A DNA stretch of 64,000 nucleotides from Euglena gracilis. Taxonomy: Eukaryota. The position numbers and the translations under genes are program-made. Below are positions 31,501 to 45,140 of the stretch, piece after piece. The stretch lies in NCBI GenBank assembly GCA_039621445.1, contig CP154954.1:12146716-12210715 (forward strand), given 5' to 3'. Every line of letters starts with the position of its first letter. The first letter of the stretch is position 1. Under the pieces are notes generated by a model. It made no database searches and was not told where the DNA came from. It saw only the letters and a list, made by a program, of their open reading frames with translations.

Positions 31501-33375
31501 TCAAATTCCCGATTCGTTGGATGCCAATTCATCCAAAAGCGCAGTATGCGCACCCCTACAAGCATCTTTGGATGCGCATGCCCTACAAGCATCCACGGAT
31601 GCACGTGATCATGAACATGCCTACAATCGCGATTACAATCGCCCATTTATACCACAACTTAAGATTCCCCCCCCTAAGGGTGAATCTTCGGATGAGGAAC
31701 CGGTTTTTACCACAAAAACCGCGAATCCTCCGGTTTTACAACAAGTAATTCGCGAATCGGGACTGATTCGCGGTATGAGCCATACCCCTACCCCGGGTAT
31801 TGGCCATGGATCGCGAATGCGAAACACGGAATTTACCTCGGTTCCCCGATTTGTGGGTGAACAACGGGATTCCTATCCCCCTGGTATGTTACCACACCCC
31901 GAATCACGGAATCTCGACCCTTTACAATCCGAATCGCGGAATCGCGAAACACAACCATACAATTCGCGGAACTGCGACGTACCAAATACCCATGGTACCT
32001 ACGTAACCATGAGTACCATTCTGGATGCGCATTCGTACATCCCACCACAACAACCCTACAATAACAATTACGATGGAAATCGCGGCCCATAACGCGATTT
32101 CAAAGGTACCATTACAATTGCCAACAAGGTAAAACCACAATGAGACGGAGATCCCACAACTTGGAAACAATTTTGGCGCGACTGGACATACTACTGGGAC
32201 TTGAAGGGTCCAACCCAAGACGGGAAACCCCAGGTAATCAAAATGGAATTTATTGATTGCCTTCCCAAGGAAGAAAAAGATCGCGCCCGACAACTTGTGA
32301 TCCGGAATCGGATTACTTTTGATGAACTGGTTGACCAATATGTGTCAACCTGTTCAAGCCTAATTTCGCGAATTACGCTGGAGAAAAAATGGCGGCAATT
32401 CGCGCCAACGGACCGAAAATGGAAGTCAATCGACCTTTGGTATTCCAAATGGTTGGGATTGGCTTCTGAGGTTGATGAACTGGGTGAGAACCAAATGAAA
32501 GAACAATTCGATGCGGTTCTCCTCGATTTTCATTCCTACAATTATCAAGGACATCCACCGCGAGGAACTCGCGGACTACAAACTCACACTTGAACAAAGA
32601 TGGAACTATGTTTCCAAACAAATGAAACTCTCATAACTTTTGGGACAGATACAATCGGCTTACACCCACCACCCTACCGCCGGTCTCCCTAGCGGTACGG
32701 TAAGTGCCCTACAAAAGACTTCTTCTCCAAAATCCCCACGGGGATACGGTAAACATACAAACTCGCAAAGGGGAGATACAAAAACGCGCTATCCGCGCTC
32801 ATCTGACCAATCTACTGACAAAACTTGCTTTTTGTGCAACAAAGCGGGGCATACGTCCCGTGACTGCCCCCACCCTGATACGCGATAGCGGTATCAGAGT
32901 CCAAGGGGTTCACAATCCTCGCGGAGCTCGCGCTCCTCCGGATATTCGCACAAATCTATACAATCACAATCGTCGGGTTATCGACAAAGGTCCCGATCAC
33001 CGTTCCGCGACCGCGGACGCGATCGAGCACCTCGTGGTCGATCACCCCGACCCCCTTACAAACGTGATACAAATCGCGACTCATCGCGATCACGTTCACG
33101 AAGTGGATCAACTTCTTCGCGATCGTCATCCGGGAAACCGGGTTACAACAACCGTGGTCGAACGGGATTCCGTTCTCCAAGACCTCCAAGGGGTGAAAGC
33201 CCATCACAAAACCGACAACAATCACAAAACCGACAAAAGTGTTCCCTTTGTGGATCACACAACCACCACTCGTCCAAATGTTACCGCGCTCGCTCTCCCC
33301 GCCCGAACCAACGTCACCACAATGATACAAAACACAACAACAAACACAAGGTCGGGTTCAAAATCTCCTCTTTAG
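28577..33375 (+). pseudogene. Extended ORF1/gag: repeat-rich N-terminus, long coiled coil, gag core, two CCHC zinc knuckles; broken by stops and frameshifts
   Basis: ORFs 29306, 30269, 30734 and 32201 share one frame separated by stops; heptads LQTAxxxLQ; CFLCNKAGHTSRDC (32827-32868) and CSLCGSHNHHSSKC (~33240-33282). Confidence 0.8.
28660..29200 (+). repeat. Coding minisatellite, ~45-bp unit, ~10 copies
   Basis: QTALAVPPPQLGFRT / QAASAVPPP.KGLRT repeats. Confidence 0.9.
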
Positions 33376-33539
33376 AGGAGGGAACCCCAGCTTCGGGCGG
33401 GGAGGGGGATGAGAACTCCGAATCCTCGTTGGAGGACGACCGCAATGCGGTCCGTGCATTGCGCGCTATCTACTCACACAAGAAAACGATAAACAGCCGA
33501 AGTGCTGAATCGGACTTGGAGTAGGGGAGCCCGAGGTCT

Positions 33540-36500
33540 GTGGGCACGGACCTCTGGGCTGATGAACAGACGGAAGTAGGACCTGATCAACCTTACTTTC
33601 CCTGCCCATCTGCCTTTTTGGTCGGTACCCAGAAAATTTTCGGGTCCCCCACCCCCCACTCCAAATTTCTGCCTGGAATGCTGAGCAAAGTAGGAACGGT
33701 ATCCTGGAATAGTTGGAGAGACAACAATTTTACACCTGATCCTGCACTTTGCGTACCCCCCATGGAACTTTTGGTCCAAGCGGAAATCCGAACACAAAAT
33801 TTTTCTACCAAATGCAAAATTTTGGTCGACACAGGGTGTCGCATTCCCCTTCTCTTTCGAACGGGATTAATTCCCAACTCCTGCTTGGTAAAAGCCAAGT
33901 ACCCCATCAAAATTATGACTGCCGACAACAGCCCCATGTGTGGTGGTGACTTGGGATGCTTTTTGGACATACTCCTCCCCATCATCCACAAGCACCACTC
34001 ACAGCCCCCACACATACCAAATTTTCTGGGTACCTGGAGTTACGAATCGGGTATCCGCGGGTCTGACGTAATGTTGGGTTTTCCGTTCTTGCGTCAGAAC
34101 CGCCTTGTTGTGGACTGCCCCTCCCTCGGTTTGCGCACTACTTCACGCACACAACCCACACCACCGAAATTCTCCCCCAAGACATCTTCCCAGATGTCCC
34201 CCCGCCTATCCACAACGTTTTCTACAACCGAAAACACCGTTTCCTACACCAGGGGTAAAGAGAAAGCTGCCACCCTACCCACTACACTTTTACCGCACGT
34301 TTCCAATGCGGTAGGGAAAGCGAGTAGCTTAACCACCAACGTTTCACTGGGTTCCAAGGTGAAAGCCCAAAGGCCTGAAGTTATAACGGTGTCCAGTAGC
34401 CGCCCAGCTGCACAACTTTTACGTTTTCCACCAGGTGTGTCGATTTCGGACACCCCTGTACACCCCCCAGCAGCTACAACTTTCAACACCCCCATACACA
34501 CACTACACACGACTGACATGCACTACCAGACCGACACTTCCTTCCAATGCGCACATTGCCGGAGAATTTCCACACAACCTGATTTCGACTGTGGATGTAT
34601 TGTTGAACCTTCCAAACTAATCGCTTTACTCAACAACCAGAGTACACTTGGTACCCGGACCGGTATCGAGTATACCCTGCCCTCTGAACGAGAACACAAC
34701 ACACCGGAATGTTACCCGTTGTGTGTTGAAGTACATCGACAACTGGACAAACGCGGAATCGCGTCCCTATTCTGAATCGCCAGAATCGCACATGAAGACC
34801 TCCAATGGCAGAAAGCCAACCTTCCTGACCCCGAATGGCAGAATGCCAATCCTTCCAATGTCCCTGCATACAAGTGGCAGAATGCCAACAATAATTATCC
34901 TCCGTACAATACACCTGATACACTTGATACAATGATTAATGAAGAGTCTTCGGACACACCGCATTACCGATGTGGCTCGGCAAACTGTGTTTCAGCCCTC
35001 CACAGGACTGAAACTGCGACAGTTTTCGCGAACCGCAACTGGAATGCGTTAAATTTTGGACAATATCGCATTTTGGAAACTTGGTTTTCCAAAATTGCGC
35101 AAATCGCGAAGTCGATGGACCTACAATTGGAGATTGACACATTCTCGTCCAAAGCACATTCTCGTTTATCCAATTACTGGTCAAGCCGTACAAATGCGTT
35201 TGATAAGTTTTGGGGTGATGTGGTCCTGTGGCTACACCCACCTCTGAAACTTATCCCTCTTGTCGTCGACAAGATCCTTCGGGATCAAGCACGCGGTGTG
35301 CTACTCATTCCTATAAATCCCGAAGCGGAACGGTTCCAACAACTGACGTATGTCACTTTTCACTGGTGGGATTTACCGAATGACACCCCCTTGTTCGATG
35401 ATTTTTGCGGTGTCATGTTACCACCATTGAAAGAACTCATTTTCGTGTTTGTTTCTTTGATGCATTCGGAACTGTGGAGTACACTGACAAATTCCTACGG
35501 GACAAAGGTCAGAATGACCAAACATACCAACTATCCGCAGTGACAGAAAGCGGTGGTCAACACCCCAAGTCACAAGAACTATGTACAAAGATAAATCGCG
35601 AATTCAGTGATGTTTTAGAACATCCTATCTATGCCCATGACATAGATCCTGCAATTCGCGGACCTTTTGGTGTCTGTAAAATCGAACTCAAAGAAGGTGC
35701 ACAGCCCATGCACCGAAAATTCTTTCGCTGTTCAGGCGAAAGAGAACAAGCTCTCAACACAATGATCGAAAAACTGATTGAACGAAAATGGATCATACCC
35801 TCCAAAAGCGAGTGGACCTCACAAGCTTTTGTTGTGCCCAAGCCTCCCGATGCTTCTGGAGAGAAGAAGTGGAGACTTGTGCTGGATTACCGATACTTGA
35901 ACTCACAGACAAAAGACGATCCATTTCCGTTACCACTTATCGAAGACCTGATATATCGATTTTCGACTCTAGAGGATGGTTTTCAACAGATGCACTTACA
36001 CCCTGACTCACAAACGTAAACCGCATTTGTAACCTCCCGCGGAGTTTACCAATGGACGGTGTTACCAATGGGTGTTAAGAACGGCCCAGCCATGTTCCAA
36101 AGAACGATACAATGTATTTTACGAGACTTACCGTTTGCCGTTGTATACATTGATGACGTGCTGATTGGCACACCCCCTCCACTTACAAATTCGGGTAGTG
36201 ATATCCTTGATATTCACTACCGCGATATACGTTCCGTACTGACAACGTTTCAAAAACATCTGCTTTTCGTCAAAGGTGCGAAAATGCATTTGTTTCGCGA
36301 AACTATAAAATTTTGTGGACACATTCTTAACAACGGACAAAGGAGAGCATCTCCAAGCAAACTTGAAGCTATAAAGAAGTGGACACCTGAAAACATCAAG
36401 ACAATCACCCATCCAAAAGGATTTTTGGGTTTAGCGCAATATTACGTGATTTACATGAAGGATTTCTCAAAAATCGCGGTACCACTGACGCGGCAACTCA

Positions 36501-38240
36501 AAAATCGCGCTCCTGACAATACAAACATACAATGGGACGATACAATGCGAGAATCGCTAACGACAATTAAACAACTTATGTTGGACAACGTTGTACTTGA
36601 CATTGCTGACCCGTACAAACCATACGTACTGGAGGTCGACAGCAGCGACTATGCTGTCGGCGGTGTGTTGAGTCAACATAACTCGTCCAATGAACTGCGC
36701 CCTGTAGCATTCTTCAGCAGAAAGCTACAAGGTGAAGACGGAAAAGGACAAGTCAAATGGAGCATACGAGAAAAGGAGACGTATGCCATTGTCCTTATCC
36801 TACACAACTTCCGAAGTTGGGTCGCCAGTTCACTCGTACAAATACTTGTGTTGACAGACCATGAGACTCTCAAACACTGGTACACCGAAGACTTGAACAA
36901 AGCCATGTCCTCAGTTGGCCGAAGATGCCGATGGCACGAATTTTTGAGTCAATTCAACCTGGTGGTAGTTTACACACCAGGTCATACTCAAAAAGTCGCA
37001 GACCCACTTTCAGGTGCACCCTGACGAGGGTGATGCCACGTTTCACGGAAGTCGTGAAGCCGACGACGAAGCAAGGCGCGCAGACGCCGCTGACAACCTA
37101 CTTGACAGTTTTCCTGTCTCGCGGAATTGGCGGCGGATGCCGATAGCCCCCGTACGGGGAAAACGACAACACGGCAGAATGCCGGGCCCCCGCCGAGTTA
37201 CGCGATCAGAATCTCCATCCCCTCTCTTTTTTCGTGAATGGGATTATTCAAAGGATGATTTTTACAATGAAGTCGTACAAAGACTGCGTAATGGTGAATT
37301 CGTTGAGAATTATACCTTATCGCCTTTACGTTTGATTTTTCGGAATGATACTGGTTACAAGTACCGCATACCCTGTGACTTGTTTGATGACGTACGTTTA
37401 TGTTATCACAACCAAGGCCACCCTGGGGCCCCCAAACTTCTTTGGTGGGTCGCAGATACTGTACAACCCTGACCGAAAAAGATTTGTACAAGCGCTGTTT
37501 ACAAATTTCGCAACGGTGCCAAATTTGTCAAGCTGTGAAAACGCGCAGAGGTACCCCCCTGGTACGTTGGACTTCTTCCCCGTACCAAATGACATTTTTA
37601 CATCCCTCTGCATGGATTTTCTGGAACTTGAACCTTGCAAAGGAACAGATGACAAAACTTACGATTACATTCTTGTTGTCGTCTGTCGGCTGAGTGGGTA
37701 CATCGTAGCCATTCCATGCTAGAAAGCAGGGTTGACAGCACAAGTTTTGGCACAAATGTTTTCAGAAAGATGCATTTGCCTCATGGGTTTACCGAATGAA
37801 ATCGTGAGTGATCAAGACCATTTGATTTCTTCTCGATTTTTTACAACTCTTTGCGGTTTACTCGGAATTGAGCAGCATTTTTCTATCATTTTTCGTCCAA
37901 AAGGCAATGGTCGCGCTGAAGCAGCAGTTAAAGCTGTAGTCAACATGCTACGACTTTCACTGGCCGAATCGCACAATGCCTGGCTACAAGTATTACGCTG
38001 GTGTTTATTTTATATCAACACTTTACCGGGTCTGATATTACAATACTCACCGTACAAAATCGTCTTCGGACGAGACCCCCTAGCCATGGGCGACATCCCG
38101 TCAGAACGACCCGCTCGTTCTCGCGTGAGTTGCGAAACATGGTTCTCTGAAGTAGAAACCTTGCGCACGGATGTGCAAAAGCGCGTAGTCGCTATAAAAA
38201 AAAAAAAAAAAAAAACAAAAAAAAAAAAAAAAAAAAAAAA

Positions 38241-38276
<36 letters not shown>

Positions 38277-38737
38277 ACAATACAAACCAAAGACAATTTT
38301 TACAACAGTACAAATCACCGATATACAACCCAGGTGACCGCATGTGGGTTCGGAACAGTAGAACCCGCATGCAATCCACGAAGTTGGACCCCCTCTGGAT
38401 CGGACCATGTGAGATCCTCGATCGGTTGGGTACAAGTGGGCGCTATAAAGTCGCTTTACCCAACGGGGTCGAGGATGTACACATGGATGACTTCAAACCA
38501 TACCTGACTCCACCAAACGGTAAAGCAATACCCTGCCTCTACTTTAAACCACGGTCAAAACTGCCTGAAACAGATGATTTTGTCGTTGACAAAATTCTCG
38601 ACCACAAAGTAGACCGGGGTATAAATTACTGGAAGGTGAGGTGGAAAGGCTATGGTCCCGCAGAGGACACTTGGGAACCTGCAACTCGTTTTGTTGGTTA
38701 TATCCAACAAGACTGGAAACTATGGAAACAACATTGA
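33540..38737 (+). pseudogene. Gypsy pol: aspartic protease, MTase-like insert, RT, RNase H, integrase, chromodomain (disrupted)
   Basis: ILVDTGC (33820); [117 protein letters not shown] (38578-38680). Confidence 0.93.
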
Positions 38738-39077
38738 CATTTCTGTAAATACCTTCTAATGGATGATGTACAAAGATGTCCAAGATTTGTCCATAGCATG
38801 GACTTTCAACAAAATGTATAATGGGCGGATGCCAAAATGTATAATGGGCGGATGCCAAACCATTTTGTCCCTAGCGAGGGACTTTTCGCTAAAGGACTAC
38901 GGTCCTGAGTCGTGCATTTTTACACTTGGAGCTACAATTTTGATTTTACAATAAGTGCAAACATACAAATATTTTTGTGTGTGTGCACACTTGCTCGCAT
39001 GCGTACAATGTTACCGTACAATGCCTTACTTCTGTTTCCCCACAGCTCAGTACTTGCTCTTATTTGCTGTTTTTCAA

Positions 39078-42000
39078 GATGGATACTGGAGGAAGGGGAC
39101 CTGGTCCCCCATCCTCCCAACCGTATGTTCCCCCTGGATAATCTCCTACGGGAGGACCCCCTCACCCACAACCTCCTTCGGGAGGACGAGGACTTGCACT
39201 CCCTCGTGGAGGGCAAGTCCCCGTTCGGCATGTACAAGCTGCTTCGGCAGCAAGGCCCGTAGTGGCAGCCCCTCAGGTACAAGCTGCTCCGACAGCAAGG
39301 CCCGTAGTGGAAAATCCCCCTGTGACTCAACATGCGGTTCCGCATGTTGCCCCAGAACAAACTACACTTGGTGGCATACAATCTCAACCTATGATTCCAC
39401 AACAAACGGAATCTGCCTATGAACAGTATGCCACACAACCAGAACCTCCACAAAGGCAGTATGCCGCTCCCGTTATGCCTCGGTTCCCCAAGTACATAGA
39501 TGAACTGACAACGGCTTCAACAGATACAATTCGTAACGCTCTGCGCAGGTGCGCAGAGGACAGACCGGATCCCTTCATCCGAGTGATATGGGATTCGTAC
39601 TGCCGACAATTGCTTGCAATCACCAACAAGCCTATCGCCACCTGGGACATGTGGTCCCAGAGTACGATAGCAGGTAGAATCTTCTTCCAACCCGGAGAAT
39701 CCGGATTTCCAGACAACGTAACCCTCAGGGACCTGGGAGTCCTGGTTCCGCCTGTGCTCCGCGGAGTGCACCCAGTGGGTGATTACGCGGAACACATGCG
39801 CCGCTATACTCCTGAACTCACAGAAAGTGAGATGGGTGATGTCCAAATGCAAGAACCAATATACTTACCACAACAACGTTTTTCCTCTCCCCCACGCATG
39901 CCGCCTACCCGGAACTGGGAGGCTGGTATGCAATCACAATACGCCATGGAGGCCGAAGAGCCATACGATGAAAACTATACCGACGAGATGGCCGAAGAGC
40001 CTCATGACGAGTATACCACGGCAGAACCTGAGCCGGAGTATACCATGGAAACAGACGAACCATCTCAACCAGCCCCTCAACCACCACAACCCGTACAAAC
40101 TCAACCATCTGTACAATCTCAACCGCAACCACCGACAACCCCCGCCGTACCGCTGCCGGAACCGACAGCGATACAGGTTGTCGGAGAAAACTCCCTGCGT
40201 CCCGTAGTGGACAATATTAACTATGAACGAGTACCACAATCTGCGGATTTCGCTTATACAACCAAAGGCGAACAATACCTTCCCCTTGACAAAATTTACG
40301 AACTTGGATCACATTTGGGAGCCATCAACGTAAAAGGAGTGATAATGGATGGCATTGGTCCAAACTCCAACTTTTTGGGTATACCCACCTGGGCACTACC
40401 CGAAGTTTTGCGTGTGAATGCACCACCACCTCTACCTGGTCCAATGGAACAACTCGCTTCGGCGTCGAATCTTGTGCCGCCAGTAGCTCAACCTACTCCG
40501 GCACCACAAACAAAACCGGTACAAGCAGTTTCGACTGCACAGTAAACATCTACTCCGCCTGCCGCATCAGCAGCAGGTTCAAACCAACCTGTACCTATAC
40601 AAAGAACAGGACCCCCTGCTCAAGCCGCGCAGTCGGCACGTGCAAAAGCACCCGCACAATCTACAATTCCTGTTCGAGCACCTCCTGTCACAAAACATTC
40701 ACAACCGGCTTCGGCTGGACAGACACAACCACCTGTTGCACCGGGACAACCTTTCTCGGGTCAACCCAGGTTTGAGTCGCCAGCACAACGCGCCACCTAC
40801 AAGGAAGCTCTACAACATTTGACGGCACCAGCAAAACAATACAACGCGTGGACCGGAGTTTGCGACACCACCACAAACACGTCCAACGCCAGACACACAA
40901 CGTCGTCGTTTGGACGACGCCCCACAAAGCGCGCAGGCGCAACGTGATCGTCAGGAAAACGATGACCTGCCGATCCCGCCCAACGCAACGATCTTAATAC
41001 GAAATGTATCACCAACTGCGTCCAGACAAACCGTCCGATGACATTGCTGGACATTACACCGCTGGTGTAACCGTTACAATGTGGAGAAAAACACGAGCAT
41101 TCCGAAAAGACGGTGCATACCGTTGGAATGAACAAGAGCGCGAAGCCGCAAAAGGACAGAAAGGCCAGAAAGGCAAAGGAAAGAGCGAAGGCTCACAACC
41201 GGGTTACGACCTGGACGTACAATTCATGATTGACCATCTGTTCTGGATCTCAGACGGTTGTGATACAATTATGCACGAGTACTATGAGGAACAACACCCT
41301 TGGGTTGTTGCTCCTGAAGTACATCACCACATGGTCAAACTCTACAAGGAAAACGCCCGTGGCTTTTTCTTCGATGGTACAATTTCCTGTTACGAAAGCC
41401 AGGATGGCATCGACAATTTGCCGGGTTTCTGGCAACTACTTTTCTGGCTCGTATTTCATTGCTTGAACTTCGGTTCATTTGCAATGCCCGCCAGCAAAGC
41501 GCATTACTTGCCACATCCAAAGCTACAATACGGATGGGAATCATCCCTTGACGCACTGAAGACAATGTTCGACAATATCCGAGAAATCGGACCACAGGGC
41601 ATACAATGGGAAGTATTCCCACTTCCAAAGGATATACAATTGGTGACACACGAAATGTTCTGTTACAATTACCACATTTTTCAACGAATATTACGGCCCC
41701 CACTTCCAAGTGGTCGGAATCGACCTGACATACCCACAAAAATTTGTCGTTTGGTGCACCCACTGCCTCCACAAGTTCCCCATGGACTTCTGGGGCTTTG
41801 GTGTGCGCGGTCGCACAACCGACCGCCCAAACGCACAAAGGGCGCAGCCCCACCAACGTGAATGGGCGGAGGCCCAACAACAACGACGACTACTCGGACA
41901 CATCTGCCACAATCCCCTCGAAGTTAGGGAAATCGGATACGCCAGACAAAACCACCGACAAATGCTTCTGCACATGCAGACGTTCCAATGGAGAACATGG

Positions 42001-44621
42001 GTGTCCTATGCTCTGGAAATGTACAATTTATTCAATCCAAAACAACAACTCCCACAAGAACACCTCCCTCTTCCACCTGAATGGGACGAAGACGGCAAAC
42101 GGAAGTACATCAAACGCCTGTTTGGCGAAACTCTCCGAAGAGAGGACTTTGCCCCATTTTTCAAGGGCAAACGTACAAATAAGGATGGATTGGCCATCCC
42201 AATACTGGACTGGCTTCCTCGCGGATCGGGAGGAAACAAATTTGTCGGATGGCAAAACTTCCGTCTGCGACCACGTATAAAACTCCCTGAACCCCAGCCG
42301 GCGGAGTTCGAGGCAGCACAGTCTGCAGTTCAACAACCTACAACGGCTGAATCATCTACAACGACAACAGACAAAGCAGCAGCGAAGCCTGCAACCAAAC
42401 GTTCGGAAGAACGTTTGCCACAACCTCCACCTACACCTACAAGTCTGTGGAACACACTCCCGTACACTCTTCAGACTCTTCGTCTGTTTCCTCTTCTGCG
42501 TCATCCAGTGATGAGGAAATGGAAGAAGGGACAGACAATGAACACAGTACACGCTCCGTCTCCTCCGCATCTGTGGAGTCTGAACCCGGTGATGCCGGCG
42601 TACAACATGCTCTAAGGCCCGAAGTGCCAGCTACAACGCCTGCTCAAACACGACCACAAACACCATTACCATACGCGGAACCTGACGCGCCTACAGAATT
42701 TACAATGGCCGAAGTGCCTGCAGACTACAACGGCCGCAGCGCCTTCGGCAGACGTGGTTCCACCTACTCCCGCACATGCGGAAGCCGGACAGGAAGCAAC
42801 TGATGCTGAGATAATCGCATTTCGCGAACTGATCACAAGACAACAACGGGAAGGTATCGCAAGATACCAAGACCCCGACGACTTTATACTCATACCACCA
42901 CAAGTCGGACGCGCTGCAGAACGCGTCCGAAGTGCCGTAGCCTCGATGGTTGCAATGGTGCGATCGAGGTCTTCCTCTTCAACGCGAAGTCCCCGTGACA
43001 CGAGACTTGGCAAAAAACCCACACAAGAAGCTACGGCTTCCACCACAGCACTGGCAGCAGACGCGGCCAGTTCTATTCCTGATGTCCAAACACCCGAAGT
43101 GGTGACAACCACGGAAGCGCCTTCGGTCGAAACAACACCACCACATGATATAACACCCGTAGTGGTACACACACCTGAACAGGTGGTACCGACGGCTCCT
43201 GACGTACCACCTACCACCACACCAACGGTCAAACCTGCTCCAAAGACTCCTGCAAACGGGCCCTTTCCGCCACAGCGGAAAGAAAAAGGCAGTAAGCCTA
43301 AGGCTAAACCACAGCCTACAGAACCGTGCAAACCTGCTGAACGACACAACGAGCCAAAACCACCTCCACCTGGGAGTAGTAGCAAATAAGGAAAGCGGGC
43401 GAAGACCCCAGCTGCTACCACACCAGCACCAACATAGACCGAAGTGGCCGGGGAAAAGCCGGGTCACTTAAAACACTCCGAGGTAGAACTCGACAAGATA
43501 CAACGTCTGAGACCTCGCAAGAGGAAAACATGCCGGTTGACGATAATGCCACCCTTTGGCGAGAGGACATTATCTCCAACCTGCCGAGCGTCGAAGAACG
43601 CATTGCCATGATACAATCAGCCCGCGAACGCGGAATTTTGTTGAACAAGTGGATTGAACCACTCTTCTTCAACGACCAGAAGCATAATTACTATGTTCGC
43701 CATATTTGGCGATTCTACAATGCCTGATCACCAAGAGTGTTTGCCCAATATCTTGGGGAAACATTCCTGTTTGACAATAGGCCGAATGGCCAAACAACTT
43801 GGCTCTGTACTGTCTGTCACAACATTCGTAACAGCATGCCAGCTGTGCATGTCTGTTATGCAGACAACAAACGGAAAAACTTTCACCACAATGAGTTCGT
43901 TCCAAACACAGCCGCTCTGATTTGCGGTGATTGTCTCCTTGCCTGGAGACAACTGAACAACTTCCGGTGGTCGGAAGGAGACAGAGACCGGGACGTACCA
44001 GTTTTCTGTGTCAACTGCCTACGGGCAGACATATGGTTGCCCGCAGATGGCGGACATCTCAAGATCGTACCCGGAAACGAGGACGTTCTGGAAGATTTCC
44101 TGAATTTCTACAGAACAAAACGACAAATGTACCAACACAAAAGCTTCAAGAAAGCTGAGGCTTTTGACCGCGGCGGAATCGCCTTTGACTTCCAAACTGA
44201 TTCCGGCGGAATCAGACTTGCTGTGGAATGTACAAAAGGGCGATTGCCCATACTCTTCAATGATGACGACTGGAAACGAGTCATTTACCCACTCTTTACA
44301 AAGCCTTCAACGGTTTCTGAAACCACACAACGATGGTTATTGCCTGACTATCCACCTGAACGACATGGTTACGAACATTGTTCAGAATGGGTTGGTACCA
44401 TTCTGAAACCACACATAACCCGCTGTGCCTGTGCATCCCGCGCGCACAACGTTGATTTCAACGCTCTGCCTGGGATGCCACCACAGGAACCAGCAAACCA
44501 TCCAAGATGGAACTATTACATATGGCCTGCAACTTTTCCGAGAGTTTTCTGGGAAAATTTGCAGATTTACCTCCACAAGCGAGCTGAAACGCTCAAAACC
44601 GAACTGCCCAAGGAAATATAA
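39078..44621 (+). pseudogene. Large extra sense ORF (~1800 codons when joined) between integrase and 3' LTR; unknown protein with Pro/Gln/Thr linkers and Cys/His-rich domains
   Basis: Consecutive + ORFs 39262-40545, 41004-41861, 41710-42615, 42754-43389, 43530-43727 and 43737-44621 with the same A/C-rich codon style as pol; WCTHC, WLCTVCH, LICGDC, VFCVNC, RCACxxxxH. Confidence 0.75.
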
Positions 44622-45130
44622 GAAGTCAAAAGTTGGGTTCTCCCACGGATCAACACGGATGATCCCGACAAGGATACCCTAGACTTACGTCCAACCGAAA
44701 TGACCTTGGTACAAGACCCACACGGGTGAGTACTTCAAGGAAACCCGCAAACGTTGAGGGTTTCCTGCCTCGTACAATCAGCTACGGCTGAGATGGGCGT
44801 AGTCCCACATAATGAGCGAAGTCTCGAGCGTGAATACGCACTTCATCATCGCGTTCAACACCGTTTCAAGACCCTGTGGCGGAATCGCCTTAAGTTCGGT
44901 CGATAACATGTTGATCGCGAAGATTCAAGACTACAAAGACACAACGGTGTCAAGTAAGAAGACGCACAAAGCACAGCATGCGAGCCAGAATTCTTTTGCA
45001 CTTTGTGCTCCAAACATGGTAACCGTAATTAGGAACCAGACCATGGTATCCTGGTACTGTCTCCCTGAACCTGGGACTGTGCCTGGCATCCCGACTGGCC
45101 TGGTCCAGAAGGGAAATCGGGCAGAGCCCT

Positions 45131-45140
45131 GGGAGGGGGA
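45131..45140 (+). promoter_or_regulatory. Polypurine tract
   Basis: GGGAGGGGGA abutting the 3' LTR. Confidence 0.85.

Noticed and set aside
39078-44621. env-like gene
   Set aside because: No visible signal peptide, fusion peptide or transmembrane segment
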